From an uncultured Candidatus Rokubacteria bacterium (GTDB lineage Bacteria > Methylomirabilota > Methylomirabilia > Rokubacteriales > CSP1-6), in contig CAVWFS010000014.1 in assembly GCA_963754315.1 (NCBI GenBank), forward strand, positions 64,001 to 128,000: a DNA stretch of 64,000 nt. Reading direction: 5' to 3'. Made by a program: the position numbers and the translations under genes. Under the pieces are notes generated by a model. That model did not search any database, was not told the DNA's origin, and saw nothing but the letters and a program-made list of their open reading frames with translations. Positions within the stretch are counted from its first letter, which is position 1. Each line of letters opens with the position of its first letter. Positions 20,912 through 30,617 of the stretch are shown piece by piece.

Positions 20912-21591
20912 CCGGCGCCGCCCTCACCCGCCGCGGTGATGAAAATTCGGTGTGAGGGCCGGAGCTGCACCTCATGGCCGATGGCGAATCCCGCTCGAGC
21001 CAGCAGCCAGCGCCAGTCGTCGGCCGTGTACTTGTTGTGCGCAGGAAAGAGTCGGAATCCACGCCGGAGGCTGTCCGCTTCCGTCTCGCCAAGACTGTCG
21101 CGGCGCCACGCGAGGTACGTCGACAGCGGCTGCCGGATCCAGTCATGCAGGAGGAACACGCCGGCGGCGGCCAGCACGCGGCGTATTTCGGCGAGGGCGG
21201 GCAGCGGCTCGTCGAAGACGTGCAGCACGGATGACATGCTCACCAGGTGAACGGCGCCCTGCGCGTGGGGAAGGGGCTGGGTCGCCACGTCATGGAGCGT
21301 GAGCGTGGGCTCCGCCCCCTTGTAGGTGAGGCCTCGACCATAGTTGATCATGGCCGGCGTCACGTCGTATCCGAACAAGGTCGCTGACGGCCAGCGCTCA
21401 CCGACATCCCGGAGCCAGAGACCAGGGCCGCATCCCAGATCGATGATCGTAGGGCGCGGAGGCAACGCGGGAGCGATGTGCGTGGCGACAAGCTCCCAAT
21501 AGGTATCGCCGAAGCGCTCATGGTGAGTGCTGACCATCCGCTGCACGAGCTCCTCGTCGGATGCTCCACTGAGCGCCTGGTGTGTCGGCAT
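20908..21591 (-). CDS. class I SAM-dependent methyltransferase
   Basis: IIDLGCGPG, GYDVTPAM, VLHVF, EIRRVL; AGGAG RBS. Confidence 0.85.
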   Translation of the reverse strand: MPTHQALSGASDEELVQRMVSTHHERFGDTYWELVATHIAPALPPRPTIIDLGCGPGLWLRDVGERWPSATLFGYDVTPAMINYGRGLTYKGAEPTLTLHDVATQPLPHAQGAVHLVSMSSVLHVFDEPLPALAEIRRVLAAAGVFLLHDWIRQPLSTYLAWRRDSLGETEADSLRRGFRLFPAHNKYTADDWRWLLARAGFAIGHEVQLRPSHRIFITAAGEGGAG

Positions 21592-21658
21592 CGTTTCCCT
21601 CTCCTGCCTGAGAACCTGCCTTCGGGACCGATCGGGTGTGTGTTGTGCCCGTCCGCGA

Positions 21659-22054
21659 TCAGAGCTTGGCGACGCCGGCGCGGGCGCAGTCTTCGTCTTG
21701 CTGGGCGGTACCGCCTCCAACGCCGCAGGCTCCCTCCACCACGCCGTTACGGATGATCGGCACCGCTCCCTGACTCGGGATCATGTGGCCGCCCTCCGCC
21801 GCCGCAATCCCCTGGATGATCGGGCTCCCGGCCCGCTCGGCCAGTTCGCCGCTGGGCCGCGCAAAGCCAGCCGAGGCAACGGCTTTGCCCTGGGAGCCGT
21901 ACACGCTCGCCCAGATGGCGCCGTCCATTCGATTGAAGGCCATCAAGCGGCCGCCACTGTCGCACACCGCCGCGCTGATCCGGATGTTCAGCTCCCGAGC
22001 CTTATCGAGGGCTCCCTGGATGATCCGATTGGCTTCCGCGAGAGTCAGCGCCAT
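21659..22054 (-). CDS. GlcG/HbpS-family heme-binding protein
   Basis: AVCDSGG.L.AF.RMDGA, GKA.AS, GAVPI, GACGVGG, QDEDCA; AAGGAGG RBS. Confidence 0.88.
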   Translation of the reverse strand: MALTLAEANRIIQGALDKARELNIRISAAVCDSGGRLMAFNRMDGAIWASVYGSQGKAVASAGFARPSGELAERAGSPIIQGIAAAEGGHMIPSQGAVPIIRNGVVEGACGVGGGTAQQDEDCARAGVAKL

Positions 22055-22422
22055 GCCTGGCCTCCTTGCTTGCGTGGTTGGGTAGTGCCGGTCGGGCACT
22101 TCGCGGCGGTCCACCAGCACCCGCACCGCCTCGGTGATGATGGGACTCGTTGTATATGCCTCCCTCCCGTGTCGAGAGCTGCTGGAGAGTATCCCACAGC
22201 CCCGCGAGCGCGCAGCCCGCTTCAGCCTCTCGACGATAGGGTGTCCGAGCCCGCGCATGGCGCCTCCGCTCCGATCTCGCGCCGCGGAGGGACCTGTGCC
22301 TCGACCAGTGCCACCGGGTTGGGGGCTGCCGGGCTGGTCGTAAACGCGAAACGCGGCCACCACCCGTCGGCCGGGCTAAGATGGGGCTGCGAGAATGTCA
22401 CGCCACGAAAGGGTGAGGCACG

Positions 22423-23661
22423 GTGACCAGACGTCTAGTGAGTCTGTACGCGGCGGCAGCGGTCATCCTGACCGTGGCTGCCGGCTGCGATCGCGGCTCG
22501 GCCGGCGCCAAATCCATCACGGTGGTCATCGCCGAGTACAGCAAAGACCACACGAAGCCCTTCTGGCAGGCCCTCGCCGAGCAATACACGAAGCAAACTG
22601 GCGTCAAGGTCGACCTGCGGATCATCGACTGGAATTCCATCGACCAACAGGTCAGCACGATGATCCAGAACAACCAACCTCCCGATGTCCTCAACCTCAA
22701 TTCCTTCTCCAGTTATGCCAAGGACAAGCTGCTCTACTCGGCCGACGAGGTCCTGTCAGCCAAGACCCGCGACGACTTCCTGGCGCCGTTTGCCCGCGGC
22801 GGCGAGTACCAGGGTAAGCTCTACGGGTTTCCCATCCTCTCCAGCGCGCGGGCGTTCTTTTACAACAAGGAACTGTTCGCCAAGGCCGGTCTCGCCGGAT
22901 CGCCAAAGACCTCGGAGGAGTTCGTCCAGGCGGCGCGCCGGATCCACGCCCTCGGCGAAGGAATCATCGGCTACGCGTTGCCGCTAGGGCCCGAAGAAGC
23001 CCAGGCCGAGTGGTCTATCTGGATGTGGAACGGCGGGGGCGATTGGAAGGTGGGCGACGGGTGGGCCATCAACAGCGACGCCAACGTGCGGACGCTCTCC
23101 TTTCTCAGCGATCTGGCCAATCGCGACAAGGTGACGCAGGTCAACCCGGGCAAGACGAACCGCACCGACGGCGCGTTCCAGCTCTTCAAGGACGGCAAGG
23201 TGGGCATGGTGATGGGCTTCAGCCCGCTGGCCGCCCAGCTCGATGCCGAGGGAAAGGTCAGCTACGGGGTGGCCGAGATGCCTACGAGCACCTCCAAACC
23301 CGTGACCCTGGCGGTTGAGGACTACCTCATGGCCTTCAAGAAGAGCAACAACCGCGAGGCGGTCAAGCAGTTCCTCGATCTCTACTACCAGCCGGAGAAC
23401 ATTACCCGCTGGATCAGTGCCGAAGGCTTCCTGCCGGTGACGACCTCCGGCCTGGCCAAGATGGGCGGCAATCCCAAGCTGAAGCCTTATCTCGACGCCT
23501 TGCCAAACGCCCGGTTGGCGCCGACGACCGATCCGGCCTGGGATCGGGTCAAGCTGGATGTCCAGCAGAACATCGGCCTCGCTGTGCAGCCCGGCGGTAA
23601 TCCCAAGCAGGTGCTTGACCAGCTCCAGAAGAACGCCGTCGCCGCGGCGGGCGGACGTTGA
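22423..23661 (+). CDS. carbohydrate ABC transporter substrate-binding lipoprotein
   Basis: Signal peptide with lipobox VAAG-C; PPDV, GKLYGFP, FFYNKELF, FKDGKVGM. Confidence 0.88.
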   Translation: MTRRLVSLYAAAAVILTVAAGCDRGSAGAKSITVVIAEYSKDHTKPFWQALAEQYTKQTGVKVDLRIIDWNSIDQQVSTMIQNNQPPDVLNLNSFSSYAKDKLLYSADEVLSAKTRDDFLAPFARGGEYQGKLYGFPILSSARAFFYNKELFAKAGLAGSPKTSEEFVQAARRIHALGEGIIGYALPLGPEEAQAEWSIWMWNGGGDWKVGDGWAINSDANVRTLSFLSDLANRDKVTQVNPGKTNRTDGAFQLFKDGKVGMVMGFSPLAAQLDAEGKVSYGVAEMPTSTSKPVTLAVEDYLMAFKKSNNREAVKQFLDLYYQPENITRWISAEGFLPVTTSGLAKMGGNPKLKPYLDALPNARLAPTTDPAWDRVKLDVQQNIGLAVQPGGNPKQVLDQLQKNAVAAAGGR

Positions 23662-23719
23662 TTCTCGTGGTGAGGCTTGTCGGGCGCGTCTGGGCTGCTC
23701 GTGGGGCGGGCGCGACCGC

Positions 23720-24700
23720 TTGTATCCTGTTCCCGCCCGACTTGCCCGCCGAGACCCCCGGCTCGGGGCGCACGGCGGCCCCTGCGGCGGTCTGACGCGG
23801 GCCCGCGCCCGGCGCCGCCGCGGCGCAGGCCTCGGGGAAGCTCTCCTCTGGCTCGGCCCGAGTCTGGCCCTGATCGCCGCGGTCGTCGTCTATCCCGCCG
23901 TCGCCCTCGTGCGCGCCTCGTTCAGCCGTTACTCGGTGACCGGGCTCTACCAGGGCCCGGCGGGCCTCACCAACTATGCGCGCCTCCTCGATCAGGACGC
24001 ACTGCCCACGGTGCTGGGAAACACGGCGGTGTGGGTGGCCGCGATCGTGAGTATCACCATCATCCTCTCGCTGGGTCTCGGTCAGTTCCTGAACGCGAGC
24101 TTTCCCGGCCGGCGCGTGGTCCGCTGGGCCCTCATCGTGCCATGGGCGGCTTCGCTCATCATGACCGCAAAACTCTTCGCCTGGATCTACGACTACTACT
24201 TCGGGATCCTCAACGCGATCCTGGTCCGGCTGCGCATCATCGAAGGGCCCGTGGACTGGCTAGGCGATGACAGTACCGTGATGGGCGCCATGATCGCGGT
24301 GGGGATCTTCGTCTCGTTGCCCTTCACCACCTACGTCGTCCTCGCCGGGCTCTCCGCCATTCCAGCCGACGTCTACGAGGCGGCGCGCGTGGACGGGGCC
24401 TCCGCCTGGCGCACCTACCGGTCGGTGACCCTGCCACTCCTGCGCCCGGCCCTCCTCGTGGCTACCGTGCTGAACGTCATCTACGTCTTCAACTCCTTTC
24501 CCATCGTGTGGACGCTCAACGACCGCAACCCGGGGTTCAGCCACGACACCATGATCACGTTCATGTACAAGATTGCCTTCAAGAGCGCCGTGCGCGACGT
24601 CGGTGTCGCCGCTGCCCTGGGCGTGGTGAACGTGCTGCTGATCCTGGTGGCGGTGGCCGCCTACCTGCGCGTCGTGCGCTGGCGCGAGGCGGAGGCATGA
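23720..24700 (+). CDS. carbohydrate ABC transporter permease (MalF-like); start uncertain
   Basis: GLTNY, VPWA, LAGLSAIPADVYEAARVDGAS (EAA motif); nearest in-frame TTG is 23720. Confidence 0.85.
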   Translation: MYPVPARLARRDPRLGAHGGPCGGLTRARARRRRGAGLGEALLWLGPSLALIAAVVVYPAVALVRASFSRYSVTGLYQGPAGLTNYARLLDQDALPTVLGNTAVWVAAIVSITIILSLGLGQFLNASFPGRRVVRWALIVPWAASLIMTAKLFAWIYDYYFGILNAILVRLRIIEGPVDWLGDDSTVMGAMIAVGIFVSLPFTTYVVLAGLSAIPADVYEAARVDGASAWRTYRSVTLPLLRPALLVATVLNVIYVFNSFPIVWTLNDRNPGFSHDTMITFMYKIAFKSAVRDVGVAAALGVVNVLLILVAVAAYLRVVRWREAEA

Positions 24701-25551
24701 AGGCTTTGCGCGCACGGACCGCTCTCCGGCAAGGCACCCTTCGACGGACGGCGCTAGGCTGTGCGGGGCTGCTGCTCGCGATCGCCCTGGTGTCGCCCTA
24801 CGTGGTCATGCTGCTCACCGCCGTGAAGCCAGAGAGCGAGCTGCGCATCACGCCGCCCCGGCTGCTGCCCCTGCGCTGGCACTCCGCTAGCTTTCTCGAG
24901 GTGGTCACCGACCGCGGCTTCCAGGCCTGGTTCCAGGTCTCGCTCACTGTGGCGGGGCTGTCGACCGCTATCGTCCTGCTCACAGCCACCCCCGCCGCCT
25001 ATTACACCGCGCGCCACCGGTTTCCAGGTCGCGCCGCCTTCCTCGTGCTCGTGCTGGTCACCCAGATGTTCTCCCCCACTGCGCTCGTGGTCGGGTTGTA
25101 TCGTCAGTTCTTCGAGTTGGGGCTTGTCAACACGCGGGCCGCGCTCATCCTCACCAACGCCGCCTTCAACCTGGCGTTCGCGATCTGGATCCTGCGCGCG
25201 TTCTTTGCCTCGATCCCCCGGGAAATTGAGGAGGCGGCGGCCGTCGACGGCTGCAGCCGGGTGCGGGTACTGTTCCAGGTGGTGCTGCCTCTTTCGCTAC
25301 CTGCCCTGGTCACGGCGGCCATCTTCGCCTTCATCGCGGCCTGGAACGAGTACATCGTGGCCCTGACCCTCATCACTGATCCTGACGTGAAACCCCTCAC
25401 CGTCGGCATCACCTCGTACGTCACCGCCTATGTTCAGCACTGGAACCAGCTCTTCGCCGCCTCGCTGATCGCCATCGTCCCCGTGGTGGTGCTCTTCGCC
25501 CTGATTGAGCGCCACCTCGTGGGCGGCCTCACTGCGGGCAGCGTGAAGTAG
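24697..25551 (+). CDS. carbohydrate ABC transporter permease (MalG-like)
   Basis: IPREIEEAAAVDG, AWNEY, VGGLTAGSVK; ATGA overlap with the previous gene. Confidence 0.9.
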   Translation: MKALRARTALRQGTLRRTALGCAGLLLAIALVSPYVVMLLTAVKPESELRITPPRLLPLRWHSASFLEVVTDRGFQAWFQVSLTVAGLSTAIVLLTATPAAYYTARHRFPGRAAFLVLVLVTQMFSPTALVVGLYRQFFELGLVNTRAALILTNAAFNLAFAIWILRAFFASIPREIEEAAAVDGCSRVRVLFQVVLPLSLPALVTAAIFAFIAAWNEYIVALTLITDPDVKPLTVGITSYVTAYVQHWNQLFAASLIAIVPVVVLFALIERHLVGGLTAGSVK

Positions 25552-26044
25552 GGAGCTCCCTCACCGAGATTCGCGGCCGAGTCCTCTACACCCTCTCGAC
25601 CGAGGGGGGAATGCGGTGAGCCCACGGGTGGGCCGCCTCGAAGGCCGCCGCGCTGCGGAGCACCGCGGCTTCCCTCGTCGGAGGGCTCGCGGTCGCACGT
25701 CGAGCCTCTTGGAGCCGCAGATTCGCGGCAAGCACCACCACCGCGTTGAATCTTCGGATGGACGGCGTCGATCTGCCGCCAACAGCGCTTGCACGACCTC
25801 GTGCGGCGCGACGGTGCGCCTCTGGTATAGCGGCGCAGACGCACAGCGGACGTGAAGGGACTGTCGTCGCCACTCTCTTTTCTCCAGCCAGTCGATCGCA
25901 GAGATGCTCATGGTCTCGGAGAACCCCGGCCAGGATTCTAAGGCAATGGCTGCGGAAACGTAACTCGGTGTAGCATCGGGCGGACCGAGACGTCAGCGAC
26001 TGCATCAGGGCCGAGAGGGTCATGTCTTCCGCGGAGGTCGAGGC

Positions 26045-27508
26045 ATGAGGACGCTCATCGAAGGCGGTTGGGTGGTGGCTTTCAACGGCACGAGCCACGA
26101 GGTGTACGAGCAGGGCAGCGTGGTCGTCGACGGCGATCGAATCGTGCATGCCGGCCCGGCCTACACGGGTGCGGCCGACACCCGGCTGTCGGCGCGCGGC
26201 AAGCTCGTGGCGCCTGGCTTCATCAACACCCATGTACATACGGCCGGCAACGGTGGGGACTACCTGCTGCTCGATATGGCCAAGAATGACTATCGCACTG
26301 CGAACTACATGAGCTTTGCCGCCCCCCTCAAGGGAGCGATGACCCCACCCCCGGCGGAGGCCGTTGCCGCTTTGCGCGCCTTCGTGTTCCTGCACGCGCT
26401 CAAGCTCGGCACCACCACCATCATCGACGTGGGAGGGCTTCGCGGAGACTGGGAGGGCTATGTGCGCCTGGTCGACGAGCTGGGCGTGCGCGTCTACGGC
26501 AGCCCGCCCTTCCGGGACCGCAATACGTTCATGGACACCCAGGGCCGGCTTTACTATGACGAGGATCTGGCGGCCGGTCAGCAGGCCCTCAAGGAAGCGG
26601 TCGCCTTCGTGCGCAGCTACGACGGCGCCGCCCACGGGCGCATGCGCGGCATGCTGAACGCGGCTCAGGTCGAGACGTGCACCGAGGCCCTGCTGCGTGC
26701 GGGCAAGGATGCCGCGCGGGAGCTCGGCGTCCCCATCCACACGCATGCCGGCGGCAACCTCATCGAGTTCCAGCGCATCATGGACGAGTACCGCAAGACG
26801 CCGATCCAGCTCCTGGCCGATATCGGCTTCCTCGACGAGAGCACGCTCATCGGTCACGGTGTGTTCACCACTGCCCATCCCTGGGCCAGCTATCCGTTCG
26901 GAGACGACCTGCGAGTGCTCGCCGAGCGTGGGGCGACCGTGGGGCACTGTCCCTACAAGTACGCCAAGATGGCGATGACCCTGCACTCACTCCAGCGATA
27001 CCTGGAGGCCGGTGTCAACGTGGCGATCGGCACCGATACCTTTCCCATGGACATCGTGGCCGAGCTGCGCTGGGCCTCGATTCTCGCCAAGGTGGCCGAT
27101 GCGAACTATCAGGCGGGCCTCCCGCGTGACGTTTTCAACGCGGCCACCTTGGCAGCCTGCCGGTTTCTGCGCCGCGACGACCTCGGACGCCTGGCCCCCG
27201 GCGCCAAGGCTGACCTGGTAGTGATCAACCTCGACCACCTCGGGACGCTCGTCTACGCCGATCCCATCAAGGCGCTGGTGGACGGTGGCTGCGGGCGGGA
27301 TGTCGACACCGTGATGGTGGACGGCCAGATCCTCGTCCAGGGGGGCCGCACGGTGCGTGTCGACGAGGAGGAGGTCTACGCGAAGGCCCGCCAGGTCACC
27401 CAGCGCTACTGGAGCCACGTGCCCACCTGGCGCTGGGACAAGGCCGGTGTCGACCAGATCATTCCTCCAGCCTTTCCCATGCACCGGGCGGCGGGCCCGC
27501 GAGCCTAG
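26045..27508 (+). CDS. amidohydrolase family (SAH deaminase/chlorohydrolase-like)
   Basis: PGFINTHVH, GTTT, IHTH, IGHG, VAIGTD, GRLAPGAKADL, VDTVMVDG. Confidence 0.88.
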   Translation: MRTLIEGGWVVAFNGTSHEVYEQGSVVVDGDRIVHAGPAYTGAADTRLSARGKLVAPGFINTHVHTAGNGGDYLLLDMAKNDYRTANYMSFAAPLKGAMTPPPAEAVAALRAFVFLHALKLGTTTIIDVGGLRGDWEGYVRLVDELGVRVYGSPPFRDRNTFMDTQGRLYYDEDLAAGQQALKEAVAFVRSYDGAAHGRMRGMLNAAQVETCTEALLRAGKDAARELGVPIHTHAGGNLIEFQRIMDEYRKTPIQLLADIGFLDESTLIGHGVFTTAHPWASYPFGDDLRVLAERGATVGHCPYKYAKMAMTLHSLQRYLEAGVNVAIGTDTFPMDIVAELRWASILAKVADANYQAGLPRDVFNAATLAACRFLRRDDLGRLAPGAKADLVVINLDHLGTLVYADPIKALVDGGCGRDVDTVMVDGQILVQGGRTVRVDEEEVYAKARQVTQRYWSHVPTWRWDKAGVDQIIPPAFPMHRAAGPRA

Positions 27509-27556
27509 GCAGGACTTTCCAGCGGGGGGCCCGGAGCCCCCTCCGTGGCACGAGGC

Positions 27557-28786
27557 TCAGGCAGGGCGAGCGAGCAAGGCTGCCGCGATCATCACCACGG
27601 CGGCTGCGCTCAACGTGAGCGACCAGTCGACGCCGATGACGGCCCCCACCACCCCGACCGTCACGCCGCTTCCGGCGCGTAGGCCCAAGGTGGCGGTGTT
27701 GAACAGGCCGACTACTCTTCCCCGCAGCCGCGGAGGCGCCAGGATCTGCACGAGGGCCTGGGCCATCGAGGTAAAGGCGATGTTGAACAAGCCCGCGAGG
27801 ACAAGGAGCGTGATCGCGACCCCGTAGGTCCTGGCCAATGGGAACAGCCCGATGGTCAGACCCCACGCCGCGGCGCAAAGGATCGCCGTGCGCGCGGTCG
27901 GACGAAGCAGGTTCAGACTCTCCAGAAGCACGGCTCCGATCACGGCGCCGGCCGCGTTCGCCCCGAGGAGCAGGCTGTAGCCCGCCCCCGCGGCGTTCGC
28001 CCCCAGACGGTAGGCGTACTGGGGCATTTGAGCCTGGAAGGCGTTGCCCACGAAGAACGAGGTGGCGCCGCCGAGCGCGATCATGACAATGATCCGGCGA
28101 TCCGCGCGCACCTCCTCGAAGACCCTCAGCGCCTCCCCAAGCCCGAACCGCGGTGCCGACCGTGGCTGGCCCGCAGACAGGGCGTGCCCTGTGTAGGGAA
28201 TGCGCATCAGCAAGATCGTGAAGGGGAGGTAGATGAGCACGTTGGCCAGCAAACCCCAGGCGGGACCGAGGAGCAGCATGAGGCCCCCGCCGACCGCCGG
28301 TCCCAGCAGGATCGACAGATGACGGCTGGTGGCGTTCAAGCGGATGGCGCTCTGGAGCTGCTCCGCCCCGACCATATCGTGGAGGAGGAGCTGCACGGCG
28401 GCGGTGCCCACGACCCCGGCCGCGCCGTGGATCAACAGGATGACCACAGCATGCCAGACCTCAAGCGTGTCCGTGAGAAAGAGGAGGCCCCACGCGAGCG
28501 ACGCCAGCATGAAGAGCACTTGGCCAGCCTGGATGAGCTTGCGGCAATCGTAGCGATCGGCCAGGACGCCGGCATGAAACGAGAAGAACAGAAAGGGCAG
28601 CCAGTGGCTGATGACGGCAAAGCCAGCCAGGGTCGGCGAGTTGAACTTCAGGAAGATGACCCAGTAGCTGATGACGTGCTCGATGCTATCGGCCGTCATC
28701 GCGAGCAGAGCCGCCACGAAGTACCGTCGATAGGCGGGGACGTGAAGGGCCGCGAAGCGGGGCGTGAGAGCGGACGGATGCGGCAC
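27557..28786 (-). CDS. MFS transporter
   Basis: GVLADRYD, SAIRLN, LRGRVVG; about 12 TM segments. Confidence 0.85.
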   Translation of the reverse strand: MPHPSALTPRFAALHVPAYRRYFVAALLAMTADSIEHVISYWVIFLKFNSPTLAGFAVISHWLPFLFFSFHAGVLADRYDCRKLIQAGQVLFMLASLAWGLLFLTDTLEVWHAVVILLIHGAAGVVGTAAVQLLLHDMVGAEQLQSAIRLNATSRHLSILLGPAVGGGLMLLLGPAWGLLANVLIYLPFTILLMRIPYTGHALSAGQPRSAPRFGLGEALRVFEEVRADRRIIVMIALGGATSFFVGNAFQAQMPQYAYRLGANAAGAGYSLLLGANAAGAVIGAVLLESLNLLRPTARTAILCAAAWGLTIGLFPLARTYGVAITLLVLAGLFNIAFTSMAQALVQILAPPRLRGRVVGLFNTATLGLRAGSGVTVGVVGAVIGVDWSLTLSAAAVVMIAAALLARPA

Positions 28787-28880
28787 GGACGAATCCTATC
28801 ACTCGCCGAGTCTGGGCCCCCCGCTCGAGGCGATTGCCATGCCGTCATCAGCGCTACGAGCCGCCCGGCGCCGTCGGGCC

Positions 28881-28886
28881 TATAAT
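28881..28886 (+). promoter_or_regulatory. consensus -10 box 7 nt before ATG 28894 (leaderless)
   Basis: TATAAT-tgcggcg-ATG with no Shine-Dalgarno. Confidence 0.55.
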
Positions 28887-28893
28887 TGCGGCG

Positions 28894-30093
28894 ATGGCTA
28901 CCCCGAACGAGCGTGCCGTGAGCCTCCGAGTACGTCAGCGAACCCCGGTGTCCGCGCGGGCCCGCGCCCCGCAGCTGCCACCGGGCCTCGAACAGTATCT
29001 GCGAACGGCCGAAGCGGCACTGTCCGAGCCGTTCAAGGGTGTCACCACCGACGGATTGTGCGTGCCCGGTCTGTTCCCCATCCGCGTGACGGGCATCTCG
29101 GTTCAACCCCTCCTCGAGGCCGCCCTCGCCTTCATCGCCTCGCTCAGCGCCGACCAGAAAACCAGGAGCCTGTTCCCGATCGAGAGCGATGCCTGGCGCC
29201 GGTGGAGCAACATCCATCCCTTTCTGCTGCGCCACGGTGTCTCGCTCGATGAGCTGAGCCCGGAGCCGCGCGCCCTCGCGCTAACCCTGCTCCGGGAGAG
29301 CTTGAGTTCCGACGGATTCCGGACGGCGCGAGACGTCATGAGGCTCAACGAGTTCATTGGCCAGGTCACGGGCAGCCACGCGGAGTACGGCGAGTGGCTC
29401 TACTGGCTGAGCGTGATGGGGACACCGTCCCCGCACGAGCCGTGGGGTTGGCAGCTCGATGGCCACCATCTCATCGTCAACTGCTTCGTGCTCGGGGATC
29501 AGATCGTCATGACCCCGATGTTCATGGGCTCAGAGCCGGTGGCGGCCGATACGGGGCCGTACGCAGGTACGCGCGTGTTCCACGCCGAGGAGCAGGGTGG
29601 CCTGGACCTCATGCGCGCTTTGACGCCGACGCAGCAGGCCGCCGCCATCCTCTCGGCCACCTTGCCCACGGAGGCATTTACCGCCGCGTTCCGCGACAAC
29701 TTCGAGATGAAGTACGAGGGCCTGCGGTTCGGGGCGCTCTCGAGCGCCCAGCAGCAACTCGCGCTCGCCGTGCTCGAGACCTACGTGGGACGTCTCCGAC
29801 CCGGTCATGCCGATGTCAGAATGGACGAGGTGAAGAACCATCTGGCGGCTACCCACTTCGCATGGATGGGCGGTTTCGACGAGCAGAGCGCTTTCTACTA
29901 CCGACTCCACAGTCCGGTGATCCTCATCGAGTTCGATCATCAGCGCGGGATCGCGCTCGACAACGACCAGCCCTCCCGCACCCACATTCACACCGTCGTT
30001 CGCACTCCCAACGGCAACGACTACGGCCGGGATCTCCTGCGCCAGCACCACCAGCAGTTCGACCACACGAGCCCGGGCCACGCCCATCGCTGA
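28894..30093 (+). CDS. DUF3500 domain protein
   Basis: WRRWSN, WGWQLDGHHL, TPMFMGSEP, FYYRLHSPVILIEFDH, HIHTVVRTPNGNDYG. Confidence 0.85.
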   Translation: MATPNERAVSLRVRQRTPVSARARAPQLPPGLEQYLRTAEAALSEPFKGVTTDGLCVPGLFPIRVTGISVQPLLEAALAFIASLSADQKTRSLFPIESDAWRRWSNIHPFLLRHGVSLDELSPEPRALALTLLRESLSSDGFRTARDVMRLNEFIGQVTGSHAEYGEWLYWLSVMGTPSPHEPWGWQLDGHHLIVNCFVLGDQIVMTPMFMGSEPVAADTGPYAGTRVFHAEEQGGLDLMRALTPTQQAAAILSATLPTEAFTAAFRDNFEMKYEGLRFGALSSAQQQLALAVLETYVGRLRPGHADVRMDEVKNHLAATHFAWMGGFDEQSAFYYRLHSPVILIEFDHQRGIALDNDQPSRTHIHTVVRTPNGNDYGRDLLRQHHQQFDHTSPGHAHR

Positions 30094-30111
30094 GCCCGAG
30101 GAGACGCATCG

Positions 30112-30600
30112 ATGGACAGCCGAGCACCCAGTGACCAGCAAGCGATCGAGCGATACCGCTACATGCTGCGAACCGCCCCGCCCGAGACCATCGAGCAGGC
30201 GCACGCCGAGGCATTCGCCGCCCTTACTCCGCAGCAACGACGCGTCGTGCTCGAGCAACTCCGGGAGGCGACGCCCCCGGGCGAACGCCCGCCCGGGGAC
30301 GGCGATGCCGATCCCCAGGCGCTTGCCCGGATGGCCACCCGGGCCGAGATGCGTCAACCCGGGGTCCTCGAGCGCGCCTTCGGGAGCGGGCGCGGAGGCG
30401 GCTTCGGAGGAATGTTTGCGAGCAGCCTGCTCGGCAGCGTGGCGGGCACGGTTCTCGGCAGCATGGTGGCCCAGCATTTCTTTGCTCACCCGGCTGCCGC
30501 TGAGGCCTCGTCGCCGGAGGACGGGTTCGACGATCAGCAGACAGCCGACTCCGAGGACGCTGACGGAGATTTCGGCGACGATATGGATGTGGAGGTCTGA
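30112..30600 (+). CDS. conserved hypothetical protein with glycine-zipper segment and acidic tail
   Basis: RYRYMLRTAPPETIEQAH, LARMATRAE, LLGSVAGTVLGS; Asp-rich C-terminus; GAGGAG RBS. Confidence 0.75.
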   Translation: MDSRAPSDQQAIERYRYMLRTAPPETIEQAHAEAFAALTPQQRRVVLEQLREATPPGERPPGDGDADPQALARMATRAEMRQPGVLERAFGSGRGGGFGGMFASSLLGSVAGTVLGSMVAQHFFAHPAAAEASSPEDGFDDQQTADSEDADGDFGDDMDVEV

Positions 30601-30617
30601 CACACCGCAACCAGACG

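Noticed and set aside
22055..22363. Upstream extension of the GlcG-like ORF
   Set aside because: Low-complexity translation; a strong AAGGAGG precedes ATG 22054
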